This document shows positions 37,646-50,329 of a DNA stretch of 64,000 bases, piece by piece. Position 1 is the stretch's first letter; every line of letters starts with the position of its first letter. Below the pieces are notes generated by a model that saw nothing but the letters and a program-made list of their open reading frames with translations, made no database searches and was not told the DNA's origin. This DNA comes from Ramazzottius varieornatus. Lineage: Eukaryota > Animalia > Tardigrada. The position numbers were made by a program, and so were the translations under genes. The stretch covers positions 5,927,591 through 5,991,590 of the forward strand of contig BDGG01000001.1 of assembly GCA_001949185.1 (NCBI GenBank), in the 5' to 3' direction.

Positions 37646-38061
37646 CTGTATTCTCTCCGGTAATCTCCGTACGTCACAGCCGATATTTATGTTAGGGAGT
37701 TTGCGAAGCAAGCTGTCAGCTTTTCATTTACGTCACCTTAGGTCATTCTGACGAAAAATTAGTGAACAGCTGATTTACTCTTCCGAAGCGAGGTTTCTAA
37801 GCTCGGTTCCTCAATCTACTCATCCTTGATAGTAATCGCACAAGCAGTTTAGAAAATCAAAGTGTGGTCTGAACAAAAAGTTTTGCTAGAAAGAATGCAA
37901 CAAATAGCACAATCCGAATCACACTTACGACTGATTGCATATGCTTGATTGAGTGTGAGGACGACACGGTTTTGCCGCTGAGGCGTACACCGCAATCTCA
38001 CTGTTACATCGTTTGTAGAAACCGTTCGAGTGACGTACGGAGATTACCGGAGAGAATACAG
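37646..38061. mobile_element. Tc1/mariner-type MITE flanked by TA
   Basis: A perfect 35-bp inverted repeat TTACTGTATTCTCTCCGGTAATCTCCGTACGTCAC lies at 37643-37677 and 38030-38064, including the TA flanks. Confidence 0.88.
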
Positions 38062-38351
38062 TAAGCGACAGAAACACGCAAAAATCCCGAAACTTAATGC
38101 TGCCACATGCGCTTTACCGCGCCATTGGCGCATATTAAATACACTGTAGTTTGAATTGTGACATTAGGCATGTCAACTGCCAATTATAATTCCTTCTACT
38201 TTTACGAATTCGAATATAATTTTGATCAATATTAATCGAATTACATATGGGCGCGATTGTCCTAGTTGTTCCCTGTACACAACCATTAATCGCTCAAAAT
38301 GAATCGAGCAATTTGTTCTTGCAATCACTCAATGTGGAACTGGCCCGAGGG

Positions 38352-38526
38352 TACTGTAATGCTTCATGAACTTCGCGAATCACGTCATCATACAAGGGAA
38401 ACATCCCTTAGGGGGTTGGTAGGGCAAAAATTTCGGACCGGGGTCCAACTGTACGTGTAGGATGACGNNNNNNNNNNNNNNNNNNNNNNNNNNNNNNNNN
38501 NNNNNNNNNNNNNNNNNCATTACAGT
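38352..38526. mobile_element. TACTGTAATG-terminated MITE spanning a gap; diverged sister copy at about 37440-37550
   Basis: Termini are TACTGTAATG ... CATTACAGTA. The internal sequence resembles 37440-37550 (CACGTCATCATA...TTGGTAGG...GGACCGGG). N-gap at 38468-38517. Confidence 0.65.
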
Positions 38527-38755
38527 ATATCCTACCCCTATCTTGTTATAACGTAGATTTTGTCTTACCATAATTATAAGCTCATGGAGTTCTTCGAGCA
38601 GTTTTTGGGCAGAAAATTCGTGTACTCGGAGAAGGACTATAACAGTTCACTTTTTTGGGCATTTGCACTGCCGGTACGTGCAGAATAACGATCCGCTGCT
38701 CTCGTTTTCTTGTAGTAATTTTTTCTGGTTGACTAAGTTAAGCTAAGCAACGTGT

Positions 38756-38912
38756 ACTTTAAAATCTCGATCATTTCGGAAAAAATTAGTACGTTCGTGC
38801 CTTTGTACCCTTGGGCATGGATGCTACTGTATTTACCGTGTGTTCTCCTATGGCCTACGGGTACAAACGCACGTACTAAAATTCAGTTCGAAATGATCTG
38901 GATTTTGAAGTA
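38756..38912. repeat. Foldback hairpin of about 157 bp (MITE-like)
   Basis: TACTTTAAAATCTCGATCATTTCG...TTAGTACG...TTTGTACCC pairs with GGGTACAAA...CGTACTAA...CGAAATGATCTGGATTTTGAAGTA. Confidence 0.7.
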
Positions 38913-39383
38913 ATTGCCATTTCTGGGCAAATGTCATTCAGAGTTCGTTGTATTTCGAGTCAGCAGAAACTGCTTCCTGAATTGAATTTGGTTTCCTAAA
39001 TTCGAGGAGTCTCAAAAAGAATATCTCTTAAGTTTGACCATAGCCTGCTCAGTTACGAAAAAGAATTCTGTTTCGATGAACGACACCCATGTACAGTATC
39101 GACGTCTCGGCGAGTGATTTTCGTATGTGAAAACGGATGCAAAACCTGAATGCTCATCTCATAATTGCGCTCGTTCCACCGTTATTAATCGTCTTACGGT
39201 TCAACTCTTGAGCGTCTGCAATCCCCTGATCGACGAGCGAGCCGAACACAAGTCACAGGCTTTTAATTCTAAACAACATCGCAGCAACAGAAACGCGCTC
39301 AACAGGGAGGAAGAAATTATAACCTCTGGCACCAGCGTGCCGGTATACACAAAATGCATACGCTATAACAGGCGAAGCTGCTG

Positions 39384-39611
39384 AGCTGGGAACCCCCACA
39401 AACAGTATAATAACAGGTGCGGGCGGGTGGGAGCAAGAAGAGACAGCGAATGAGGAACAACTTTCCGCATCGCTTCATAAAGGCAGCAAGGTATGGCTAT
39501 GCATCGAAGCAGGAGGTACTTTGCAAAACTTACGTAAAAGTAAACAGCAGAGGGAAGGCTATATTCGGTATATCATTACAAACAGGGTTCGTAATACTCG
39601 AAATCTTCCTC
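39384..39611 (-). repeat. Dispersed repeat of about 225 bp, copy 2
   Basis: Inverted homolog of 16812-17036. Confidence 0.8.
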
Positions 39612-39939
39612 GATACTGGCATCCTCGTCCAAGGCATTCGCAGTCCAGATATTTGAGGCGCGCCTTACTTGATGAGATTTCTTAAAGCTTTTGCTCAACG
39701 ACACGTGTTTGAGTACGTTTTCTGAAGCTCTCCCGAGCTGCACCTAACCTTCTCTCCAGATACTCGATACTGTTTTGTCAGCAGCGGACCTTTCTTCTTC
39801 CCAAAATACTGCCAAGTCAGAAAAGATAGACGGATTGAGATCCGAACTTGCGTCTGCGATGACTTTGCCTTGACCGGCGTGACCTTCTTTCCCGTGTCGC
39901 GACTCGTCGCCGCTTTAGCTCAGCTGCGGATTTTGCGAG

Positions 39940-40965
39940 ATGGGTGGGTGGAATAACTCGTCCATGCCGCCAGCACTGGACGCCGACAGGGTCCACGAAG
40001 GTTCTTCATTATGGGCATTGACTCTGATCGGCATCCTCATATTTATCACTGTAGTAGCCAATTTTTTCGTCATTCTACTCTTCTTCGTTTCGAGTCATCT
40101 CCGGACACCGTTCAACTACTACCTACTCAACATCGCCGTGAACGATTTCCTCACCGGCGCCATCGACATGCCCTACTACGCCTTCTTCACTTATTACGGT
40201 TACTGGCCCTTGAGCGACATACACTGCACCATCTGGATGTTCTTCGATTTCTCCGTTCCCTTCGCCAGCTTGTGGGGTGTCGTGACCGTTTCTCTGGATC
40301 GTTTCTGGGCCGTGACATGGCCCCTCTCCTACCGCCATCACAACACTGTCAAGAAGGCCTTCATCCTGATTGCGGCTGGATGGTTCATCAATTACTCCGC
40401 CATGCTTCCCGGATATGTCTACACCCGGCTTCATTACGCTAATCAATCAGCCAATCGTACATGTTTATGGGACGTAGAAGGCATCCCAGCTTGGGCCTTG
40501 AACTTCCCTGTTGTTGTGGTTGATATCTTCACCCCGATGGTCTTAACGGCAGTGTTCTATATCCTAATCGCTATCCGGATACGTAAGTCGGCTTTGCAAA
40601 GAAGAGCTCAGCCGCTTGATGAATTAGGACAGGTTAGCGCAATTGGATCGAGACGAAAGAAACAGAGGGATCGACAGGCATTTCTTGTCTTGACTGCGCT
40701 GGTTGTTGCGTTTGTGGCAGCCTGGCTCCCGTGGGTTGTCTGTCAAGCACTGATCCTAATTACCGGCGAAGATTATGCCGTGTTTCTGGCTGTAACCTAT
40801 TGGACCAGTTACGGGTTATCGGGCCTGAATCCATTCATGTTTGGGATTGCAAGTGGGGATTTGCGGAAAGCGGTTCAGCACTTTACTCGCTGGAAGAGCA
40901 GAACGTCACCTGAAGCCGTGTCAACACCTTATCCCTTCTCTGGAAGGCCAGGATCGCAAAATTGA
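39940..40965 (+). CDS. Intronless class A GPCR, biogenic-amine (histamine/muscarinic-like) type
   Basis: Seven hydrophobic segments with LRTPFNYYLLNIAVND, YWPL..CTIWMFFD (Asp3.32), DRF, WLPW and NPFMF. Confidence 0.92.
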   Translation: MGGWNNSSMPPALDADRVHEGSSLWALTLIGILIFITVVANFFVILLFFVSSHLRTPFNYYLLNIAVNDFLTGAIDMPYYAFFTYYGYWPLSDIHCTIWMFFDFSVPFASLWGVVTVSLDRFWAVTWPLSYRHHNTVKKAFILIAAGWFINYSAMLPGYVYTRLHYANQSANRTCLWDVEGIPAWALNFPVVVVDIFTPMVLTAVFYILIAIRIRKSALQRRAQPLDELGQVSAIGSRRKKQRDRQAFLVLTALVVAFVAAWLPWVVCQALILITGEDYAVFLAVTYWTSYGLSGLNPFMFGIASGDLRKAVQHFTRWKSRTSPEAVSTPYPFSGRPGSQN

Positions 40966-41375
40966 CTTTCCCTTGGCTGCTGCCGTGGTTGAACGTAGTT
41001 TCGAAAGCTCAGAAGCTTAGTCCGAAGTGGGAAAAATGGTGAAATGACCGGTCTTGGAATGCCAGTCTGGACGCTGTTGGCCTGGATTAGGCTGAATGTA
41101 AACGCTACTTCCTGGTCCGGCACGCAAAGTGTTGCTTGTAGCGGGGGTGACAAGAGAATATATTTCACAGATTTAACAAATCAGAATACAGTAGATGTAC
41201 TGTACATGTTTCGGTACATCACATATTTTTCAATCACATACTTTTGTACATGCAGTAAGCGTTCACAGGATTTCCAACGTTTCTGTCTATCATGTGTTAA
41301 TGCTCCGACTGGACGAGTTCACCATTTGCCACCACCACTCTTTTCCAAATCACTTTTTCATATTCCACGTTCTCA

Positions 41376-43731
41376 CGAGGGGATTATGCCTGTCCCCACC
41401 TCTTTTTGGTCAAACTGTCCTGGCGGAACGAGAGAGGAGAGTCTCTTCTAGTACCTTAGCCAGTGAGCTAAATCCCGCGTCGATCCTGGAACAAACTACA
41501 GGGACTCGGGAGTGACGTCAAAAGTAGGGCGGTATATAAGCAGAGCAATGAACAATCAAGACTTGATTGTTCGGTTGATTCGGTTGTTGATTGAGCCTGT
41601 GCTTCCTGCTCGTCAAGTTTTCTGTTGTTTTTCAACCTTCTCTCATTTGCTCATTCATTCCTGCGCTTCTCTGAAATGGAATCCATCAACTTGCTGAATG
41701 TTATCAAGCTGCTGGAATGGGACTACAAACTGCACTACCGTATCGACGACTTTCCACGCGAAGCTGACAGGCAGTTCAAGGACATAGTTAAAGGTAATCT
41801 TTCTGTGCACTGGAGCTCAAAAAAAGATACTAATTTGAGTCATAATCTGTCCTAGATTTCATCGACTCGAAGATCACCCAAAGTGTTACTCCTGTGTATG
41901 CCGTTGAAGAAGACCTCCAGTATGATCTGCAGATCCGCGTCGAGTCATTTGAAGATTACGAAGCATCTGTTGTCCAGTGCAACCTGCTGAATGGCCGGAG
42001 TGAAGCTGACTTCGACGTTACGGAACCTGATAGACTGCTTGAGCCTGTTTCCAGCGGAACTGAGCCTTCTTCCCATGAGCTAAACATCCCACGACTTCCT
42101 AACCCCAAGCTTCCAGTGGATCAGTTAGTCAACTTGGAGTACAAGAAACGTGCGGTTACATACTGGAGAAACGCCGTGAAGAAGAAGCGTCTCACGTTCA
42201 GAGAAGTTCAGAGAAGTTTTGGTAAGGTGACCAGCATACGGCAGCTGTACGACTGGGAAAACCTCAGGTAGTGGAAGGCGGTTCCAGGCTGGATAAGTTG
42301 AAGGCTCTACGTCGGATGTCGGTAAGCAGTTCTTCCTCGCTAAAAGGAAAAAGCAAGTGGTCAAGGATTTGGACTTACGTCGATGGGCTCTCACTGCGAA
42401 CGAAACGGTGAACTTGGCCGGTTTCACTGCTTCCCCAGACTGGATCGGAAAACTCAAACGGTACCAACAGTTTTTTGTGCTTCGATTTCCTTCAAAAACG
42501 AAATTAATATTTTCTAGACATTATGGGATCGTTGACCGGAAAATAACCAAGTTCGTCACCAAGAAATCCATACAAGAAGCGCCTCACTACAAGGAAAGTG
42601 CTGAAGCCTGCGTTGCGCTTGTCAGATCAAGGATCGCAGAGTACGGGTTAGACTGTCTGTGGAATGCGGATCAGTCAGGCTTTGAATATGAGATGAGACC
42701 AGGAAGAACTTTGGAAACTGCTGGAGTAAAACACGTGGAAGCGATCACCCAGTCGGAGAATTCCATGACACATAGCTACACTGTGATGATGGCGGTCTCC
42801 CCGGGCAGGCGTAAGTTTCTTCCTGTTCTTTTCCTAATGCTGAAGGAAGAGAAAGGAGTGTTTGGTCCAATCGTGTCGAGAACGATGTTCAAGGCTGATA
42901 ATCTGTATGTCACTGCTTCGACATCCGGGAAGATGACCAAGAAGCTCTACTTAGAGTGGTCAGAAAAAGTTCTTTTCCCTCATATGGAAGAGCGGTGCAT
43001 TTTCTTGGCCGACTCGTGGAAGACCTTCACCGATCAAGATTCTGTGATTGAACTAAGACCGGAAAAGCTGGAGTACGAAATGCTGACCATCCCTCCGAAA
43101 GTTACCGGTCAAATTCAACCGCTGGATGTGTCATGCTTTAGGATGTACAAGGGCTGCTTCAAGAAGATATCCGACTTTGTCTTTTTGCACGATTTAACCG
43201 TTCAAGTGCATCATCGCGATGTGATTTTGAAATTGCACTCTTTGCTGTATCAACAGTTTCAGTCGCCCAGGTTCGAAAATTTGATAGCTGAAGCTTGGTA
43301 TAAGTCGGGATACACCGACGAACGTTTCATGTATGTTAATCCAGCCAAGTTTATGTTTGATAAGCTGAAAGGCAGTTGTCTTCACGAGAACTGCAGAGAC
43401 ATTGTTCTTCTGGTTTGCGGGTGGTGCAAGGCCCGTCTTTGCTGCCATCAATTTTATGACGCTCATCATTTCTGTACTATCTATTTGCCGTAACAAGTTT
43501 GTTTACTGATGGGTTTCAGGGTTTGTTTGTTAGGTCTAACGTGGACCTACAAGACATCACGTTTCTACGTTATTGGCATAAATTTCTGACGTCACTTCCG
43601 AGTCCCTGTAGTTTGTTCCAGGATCGACGCGGGATTTAGCTCACTGGCTTAGATCACAGAAGAGACTCTCCTCTCTCGTTCCGCCAGGACAGTTTGACCA
43701 AAAAGAGGTGGGGACAGGCATAATCCCCTCG
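41376..43731 (+). mobile_element. Full-length Tc4/Tc5-like (IS630-Tc1-mariner/pogo clade) transposon, 2356 bp
   Basis: Near-identical TIRs of about 145 bp beginning CGAGGGGATTATG lie at 41376-41520 and 43587-43731. TCA is duplicated on both sides (41373-41375, 43732-43734) in a C-TCA-G context. Confidence 0.95.
41677..43493 (+). pseudogene. DD37D transposase with C-terminal Cys/His finger; frameshifted near 42260-42320
   Basis: Catalytic WNADQSG / LADSW / IQPLDV, with 37 residues between D2 and D3. C-terminal C..C...CGWCKARLCCHQFYDAHHFC. Introns about 41794-41855 and 42461-42518. The frame breaks after WEN. Confidence 0.88.
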
Positions 43732-45819
43732 TCAGCTGCAGCGTATAGTAAGCTCTGTTTCATCTGCCGATGGGTGGTATATCTGGCCTCTCGAACACGC
43801 CGCTGTCCATCTTTTACGGATTTCTCAATGGCCATAAGTCTTAGATCAGATTTTGAAGGAACGTGGATGTTTCCGAAAGTTGAGATCAGCTCTTGATCAT
43901 CCCGCTACCGGGGAAGATCAGCTGATAGGATCTTCGATCCTCATCATGTATGGGCCTGTACGTAGTCGTACACGTGAATGAAGCCCGGGTAGCGAGAACG
44001 CGTAAACCGGCTAATCAACGATCAGCTCTCAATCACTCGAACGTGATTGCGAAATGTCACACACGGTCAAGCCAAGAGCCATTGATTTCCTGATTGTGTA
44101 CGTTCGCCGTGAGTTCGAAACTGCTTATTCTGCGGTCTGATTGTGCGGTCTGATAGAACTCCGAGGGAGGTACCAGAAAAGAGTTAAGCAGTCGCATGTG
44201 TATGTCATAAAATGTAGAAGAACTGTAAGAAAAAATATAGGAAGAGTAAGCCAAGATAGAAACTTTATATGGAATTCTTTCAGGTGACTTCATACCACCT
44301 CCGCTTGGGTACCTGGTGCAGCGTTGGCTCAGCCTGCAGTTACCGTTACCGGTTTGTCCACCCTCACTCCATTCGGAAGGGCAGTGTTGATATCTGCTTG
44401 GGTAATTTTCACCATCGCCCACCAAATCGCCCTGTCGGCTCCGTCTTTCACGAAGATACTCGCCCGCGGCGTCACGGTGTTTTGTAACATTAATACAATA
44501 TATTTGTTTCCTATTTAGCTTGGATGAGGGCCAATCGAGAGCTGAAACAACCCGTTTCCACGGTGAAGTAGGCTTCATGTGACAGGACAGAACATGACAT
44601 GACATGACAAATCAAGCCATAACAAAATATATTCTAAACCACGCAATGGCTGTATCAGGAGCGGCGAAAGACGTCATCACCAGTTCTGTTTAACAAGCCA
44701 TTTGCACTGCGAGGAACTTCATCTGTGACGTCACAAGCTTGGTATTTTTTCCAACGTACGACTGCTCATTGCTGCTCGCGTACCAGTCGCATATCATATA
44801 CTGTAGTGCGGAAGAGGTGATGGGAGAGCAACTGTGCAGGGCGATGGTCAGCCATCTCGGCAGGCATCCGGTAACTGTCACGAGCTAGCTGGCGAGTATC
44901 GTCGTGAATCGGAGGCGCGGAGTCCGTGAAGACGAGACTGCGCATCACTGGTCTAAGTTCCATATTAGTATATGGAACTATCAACAGGTTTTTGGCCGCG
45001 TAGTTGTCAGGGTCGCGACAGTGCGTGCAGTTGGCGTCCATTCCTATATAGCGGTCTAACTTGCGTTTCGACCGGCCGGACACCAGAGCTTGCACTGTGC
45101 GGGCTACGGTTGGGATGGCCGCTGTTTGACACTTTTTTGCAAGAATTGCGACCTGTTTTATCGCACCTACAAGCCTGGTGTTGATGCGCGGGACACGGCG
45201 TAGCAAATCCTCCAACAGCTGTTGGCGCTGGTTCCAGTAGGCCGCACTGCCCGTTGCGAACCAGTGAGATGACCGATTCGGCGGACTTAAGAACGTGGAC
45301 CGTAGTTTAGAGGTGTACGTTGGACAGTGTGAACACCGTGCGCGGTAAGGCTTCATACTACTGCATCAATGAGAGGAAAAACTGTGGCGTGATACCCGAC
45401 GACCTGAGGTCAGGAATCTGAAGGTCGGGGTGTAACAGCGCACGTCTTTGGGAATCAGTTCGGAGGCCGTGATGTCCTCGAGCTCGTCGGTTCCGGAACG
45501 CAGAATAATGTTGAGAATACCAACCTTCGCCTCGATATCTTACCGATCATCGTGATCCACCATAATAAATGGTGGTAAGGAGTACACTAAGGAGATAATA
45601 AACAGGGTGAATATAGCAAGTTGACAGCAAATCATGATCAGAGATCGAAGCAAGGGGGGAATGGAAATTAGTGCGTATAGTAAAGTGAAAAAACTTAAAA
45701 GAAGATAATGTTTAAATCGTTCACATGACGGCCGAACTGTGACAAACCGAAAAAACCTCTCATGCCATTTCTGCTCTCTAGAGCATGGGGAGCGGCATAT
45801 GCTAAAACCAGGGCCTGGA

Positions 45820-45890
45820 CTGGATCGGTGGATCCCTGTATCTGGATTCTGTATCTGGATTTCCCCTGGATCTGTACTCTGTATCTGGAC
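45820..45890 (+). repeat. Short degenerate tandem repeat (TGTATCTGGA / TGGATC units)
   Basis: Three CTGTATCTGGA copies and several TGGATC units follow CAGGGCCTGGA; this resembles a transposon subterminal array. Confidence 0.6.
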
Positions 45891-46311
45891 TGACGTACAT
45901 TTTAAAAATTAAAAATACAATATGCAGCCGAAAATTTTCCGAATAATATTCTACAAAAGTGGAATGTTTTCTCTGTACGTAAATTCACATAACTACGCAG
46001 TGACGGCCACCGATGCAACTCGACCGGCTTATCACGCTCCTAATGTTGAGACCGTGAAGGGCGCCAGTCTGCAACAGAACAACAAAGCTGCAGGGAGATT
46101 TTTTACAGACAATGAAGTGAAGGACCAGCCTTAAATGAGAAATCTTTTGGCGCTCACACGATAGCGATATTGCTTCATCAGTGTCTGATGCACAAATGCA
46201 ATAACGGTCGACGTTTTGTTCCTCATTTCCGTCTTTTTGTTACTGTTATTTGAAACGTAATCCGATATTTTCGTGAGTGTTATTCTGCCTCTTGGTCGTC
46301 ACTTTTGGGTC

Positions 46312-49300
46312 ATGGAGGAGCCATCCAGCGGAAATGAGGCCGAAAACGACAGCAGAGAGAAATCATCGTAAGTGGACGTTCGCGTTTTAGCCATTAAGCC
46401 ATTAGAAAAATATCAGATCAAACAAATTGAATATTGACCATCACGCTTTTGGGTTGCAGATTTCCTTTGCTTGTGCCGTATAATGCCGAAAGTGAAAGCA
46501 GTTTGCCAAACAGCCCCATTAAAAAACCATCGTCGTTTCAAGCGGTAAGGGATTAATTAGTTATCCTAATACGAACACGATAACCTCCATAATCTCAATT
46601 TCAACATGTGATCGTCTGATGGTCTTCTAGATTGATCGGGGCTTCAAAAGAAACTTGAGCGCGTACTTGTCGGGAAGTGCGGGAAGACAGTCAACCGTAC
46701 TCTCAATCACCGGAAAGAAGCAGCCAAGTAAAGACGTCATCACGCTCGACAGCAGTGACGAAGAGGATCAAGGTGCACGGAGGAATTTGAAGGCAGCATT
46801 CAAAGAAACCGATGATTACCAGACCATCAGTTCCGAACACGAGGAGACACCGGAAGCAGAAAAATCGTTCAACCTCGATCCAGAGGACGTTGATGAGCTC
46901 AGGTGAGCCGGTTCTGGTTTAAGACTAGCTTCGCATCAGAAATGTAATTGCGAACTTATAATTAGATAATTGCGATTACCCGATTCACAAGACAAACCAC
47001 GTTCAGAAATTAACAAGTGACTGTTGATACTTGTTTACAGACGTAGCTTCGGATATCCGCCTTGCAAGTACGCTAACACAGACTGCTTCAGTCGAGGAAG
47101 GAACCAGACAGTCGGCACGTTTGATGCTGTCCAGCTTTTACTGGACGTCCATTTGGAAATCGATCCTGTCGCGAAAGATCCGCCATTTAGACCAGAAGAT
47201 CATTGTGTGTTCATCATGCATGAGAAGTCGCTGACTGATCCGCGTGATGTTCTCTCCGACGATAACGGAACATATTCTGCAACACACGGTCCGCGCTCCT
47301 TCTATTTCACCCGCATCGAAGGTAAATTGATGAGTGCAACGAAGGAAGAGTAAGACGCTGATGAAGAGGGATACTGGTTCACTCGACAGACTTGGATCTG
47401 CAACTCGTCCAAAGACTTCAGACAAGTGTGCATTCGCGCTCACGACGACAGCCATGCCAAGTGTGATTACTCCTTTCTGTATTACCAGTTTGACAAGGAG
47501 GCACATTCCTTCGAACTTTCACAGCATGGTAACCGTCGACACGGATCAAAGCCTTACAGTCGAAGCTATCAAAGCGTGAAGAAGTAATTAAAGAGCCAAG
47601 ACCGCGGCATCGCTATGAAGACCTTTGAAGAGGATCGCGATGAGATCTACACAGTAAAGAACCCCGCTAGTATCCCAACCGGCACGAAACAAATCCGAAA
47701 TTTAACTCAAGACGCGCAGCCAGTAGATGACATCATGGGACTTCAGGAAAAATGCAAGAATGAAAGAATTCGACTCTCCGTCTCTCAGATTCATCAAAGA
47801 AATCCACGCAGTCCCATCGCTCTTCATCTTCTGCGCAACAAAGAGACAGCTCGATGACATGGTACGATTCTGCACGAATGCTGATAATTTTTCTGTGCTT
47901 GGCGTCGACACCATGTTCAACGTGGGAAAGTTCTTCGTTACTGCTGTGACGTATCGACACCTGCTTCTTCGGTCGAGATCTGCCAATATTGGGGATCATC
48001 CAGTCATGCTCGGTAAGTTTTATTAACGATGATACTAAAGGAGTTTCGGTATTGATAGTCCACTGCTTATCAAAAACATTCGTGAAGCTAACCTATTCAT
48101 GTTCAGGTGCTATCTTCATCCATCAAGACAAGTCGCGGGCGACGTACTGGCAGATGGCAGCTTCTCTGAAGAAACATTGTCCTGAGTTGGTAGACTTGAA
48201 GGTGTATGGCACTGATGGTGATCCGGCTTTGTACCAGCCGTTCAAAGATCTCTTTCCAGCGGCGAACCATCTTCTCTGTGACATACACATGCGCGATAAC
48301 ATAGAGAAGAAGCTTCGTGCCCTTGGGGAAAAACCTGACGTCTCTATGCAGGTCATTCAAGACATCTTCGGAAAGAAGCAAGGCACAGACAAGACGGCTG
48401 GTTTGGTGGATTGTGCAGGGGGAGACTTCCAAACTGCTGCTGGTGCCCTGTATGAGAAATGGACTGCCATCATGGAAGAAGGCGCTGACTTTGTCTCGTA
48501 CTTCAAGGAGAAGAAAGAACACCTGATACAGAACTGCATGTCGCTGTCGACACGGATCGCTTGTCAGCTGAACTTGGACGTCTATACTCAGAACGCAAAC
48601 GAATGTATGAACTCCGTAACAAAGCGGCAGACAGGCAAATAGAAGATGAAGCTCACTCCCTTTGTTGAGGCAATGCAGAAGCTCGTGCAGAAACAAGAAA
48701 AGGGCATTGAAGAGACGCTGATCGACCGAACACCTGGAATGGATCTGCTCGACCAATACAACCATCTGAAAGTCCGGGCCACAGATTTTTTTCGGGTGTA
48801 AGTGATCAGGCGGTAGTCTCGTCCCTTTCGTTAGCTCAAGCCTTTGATAAATTCGAAAGTCAATGATTTTAAGTCTTTAATTAGGCAATCGGAAAAAGAC
48901 AGAAAGAAGCTTCTGAGAAAGATACACACCCAGCCTGTGTTGAAGAAGGAAGTAGACGTGGTTACCGTTCAGGATTCTTTGGAGGGCGAAATTTTCGAGC
49001 TCACTCAGGGGACTCTGCCCGAAGCTTCCTTCCCTCGTGCTTCCCCTGTTGACTCTGAAGAGTCACTGCTCGATGGCTTTGCGAATATACAACGTGGACA
49101 GCGTCTTCAGCTCGAAGTGAAAGCGCGGGCTTTGATGGACAACAAGAAGTATATCACCGATGCGCCGGGTGATGACGACATGTGCTTCATTGTGGCCAGT
49201 CACAGCGGCAGAAATCAATTTCATACCGTTACCATTAACCGGACAGGTAGCCTGCGACGCAAAGACTTGTCTTCCATACAGAGTTGGGAAGATATGTCAA

Positions 49301-49976
49301 CACGCGCTGGCTGTCGCTGCCGTCAAGAAGGTCAGCGCGGCATACGCAATGTGGCACAACAAACAGAAGTCCGAGGCCCCGTTAGACAAGATTGCGTCAT
49401 TCCAGCTTGCAAAAGGCACTGGACTAAAACGTCACAACCGGACCCAGCGCCGCCTTGGAACTACCGAAAAGACGTCGCAAATTTCAACTTTAACTTCTGC
49501 TGAAGGTATTTCATCTTTTCTGACCTCATGGTACCGGAACGATTGTGTGATGCTGGTCGGTTTCAGGTAAAGCCTTGGCTCATCGAACAGCCGCAGAGAA
49601 CACAGCGAAGAAACGAACCAAGAATTCCGTTGCAGCTGTCGAGCCATCCACTTACGAGCTTCGTTTTCTGTCTGGCTGTCACGGAAGTGTGAAAAAGTGC
49701 TTTGGGTGTCATACCGAGTTCCGGTTGGACGGTAATGCTCCCAGTCCCCCGAAAGACCTGGTCGTCGTCAGTCAGATGATACGATCCTTCAAGAAGAACA
49801 ACCAAGAACAAAATGGAAAAGTTTCTCCGGTTTACTTCCACGCTAACGCAAAATGCGTTGAGAAGCACGACAAAGAATTCAACCCATTCGACATCGTGAT
49901 TCGATCCGAGGACAAAGAATCGTTTGAGCCAAGCCACATAAAGTTTTTGAAGCAGTTCACCGGAAAGAAGGTCTAA
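46312..49976 (+). mobile_element. MULE (Mutator-like) transposase gene with introns, SWIM finger and C-terminal Cys/His finger; inactivated
   Basis: LGVDTMFNVG (D1), YGTDGD (D2), LLCDIH (CxxH) and NANECMN (E). SWIM-like CDAKTC..KICQH; C-terminal CFGC...YFHANAKC. Premature TAG at 48640-48642 and frameshifts near 47350, 47770 and 49250. The start is uncertain and no TIRs were found. Confidence 0.85.
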
Positions 49977-50329
49977 GTTCGAAATTAGCCACAGTAAAGT
50001 TTTTTGTCTAAATTCTGCGTCTTCAGTCACCCGTTGTATGACTTGGCGAAAAGTTGTTGCCACAGTATTTCGAACTGACAACAGGAAATCAGCTGTCCAG
50101 TTTGTCATTTTGAACCGGGTAGTGACTGTCATTTCTAACCGGGCGAGGTTAGCCACGGTCAGCCACCGACCAGTATTCTGTTATTTCGTGTTGTTCGTTC
50201 CTTGGTAAATCCGATCGCGCTTAATGCGCTCATTTAGTCAGAGTTCACTCTGCGCCCGAATTTTACGTTTGGTCTTAACATCGGTATTTGCATTTCTTAC
50301 TGAACTTGATCAAAAATATTGTCATTTGA

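Noticed and set aside
44766-45540. Possible vertnin/OTU-like protease remnant
   Set aside because: No catalytic DGNC motif is visible, and the resemblance is too weak to call without a profile search.
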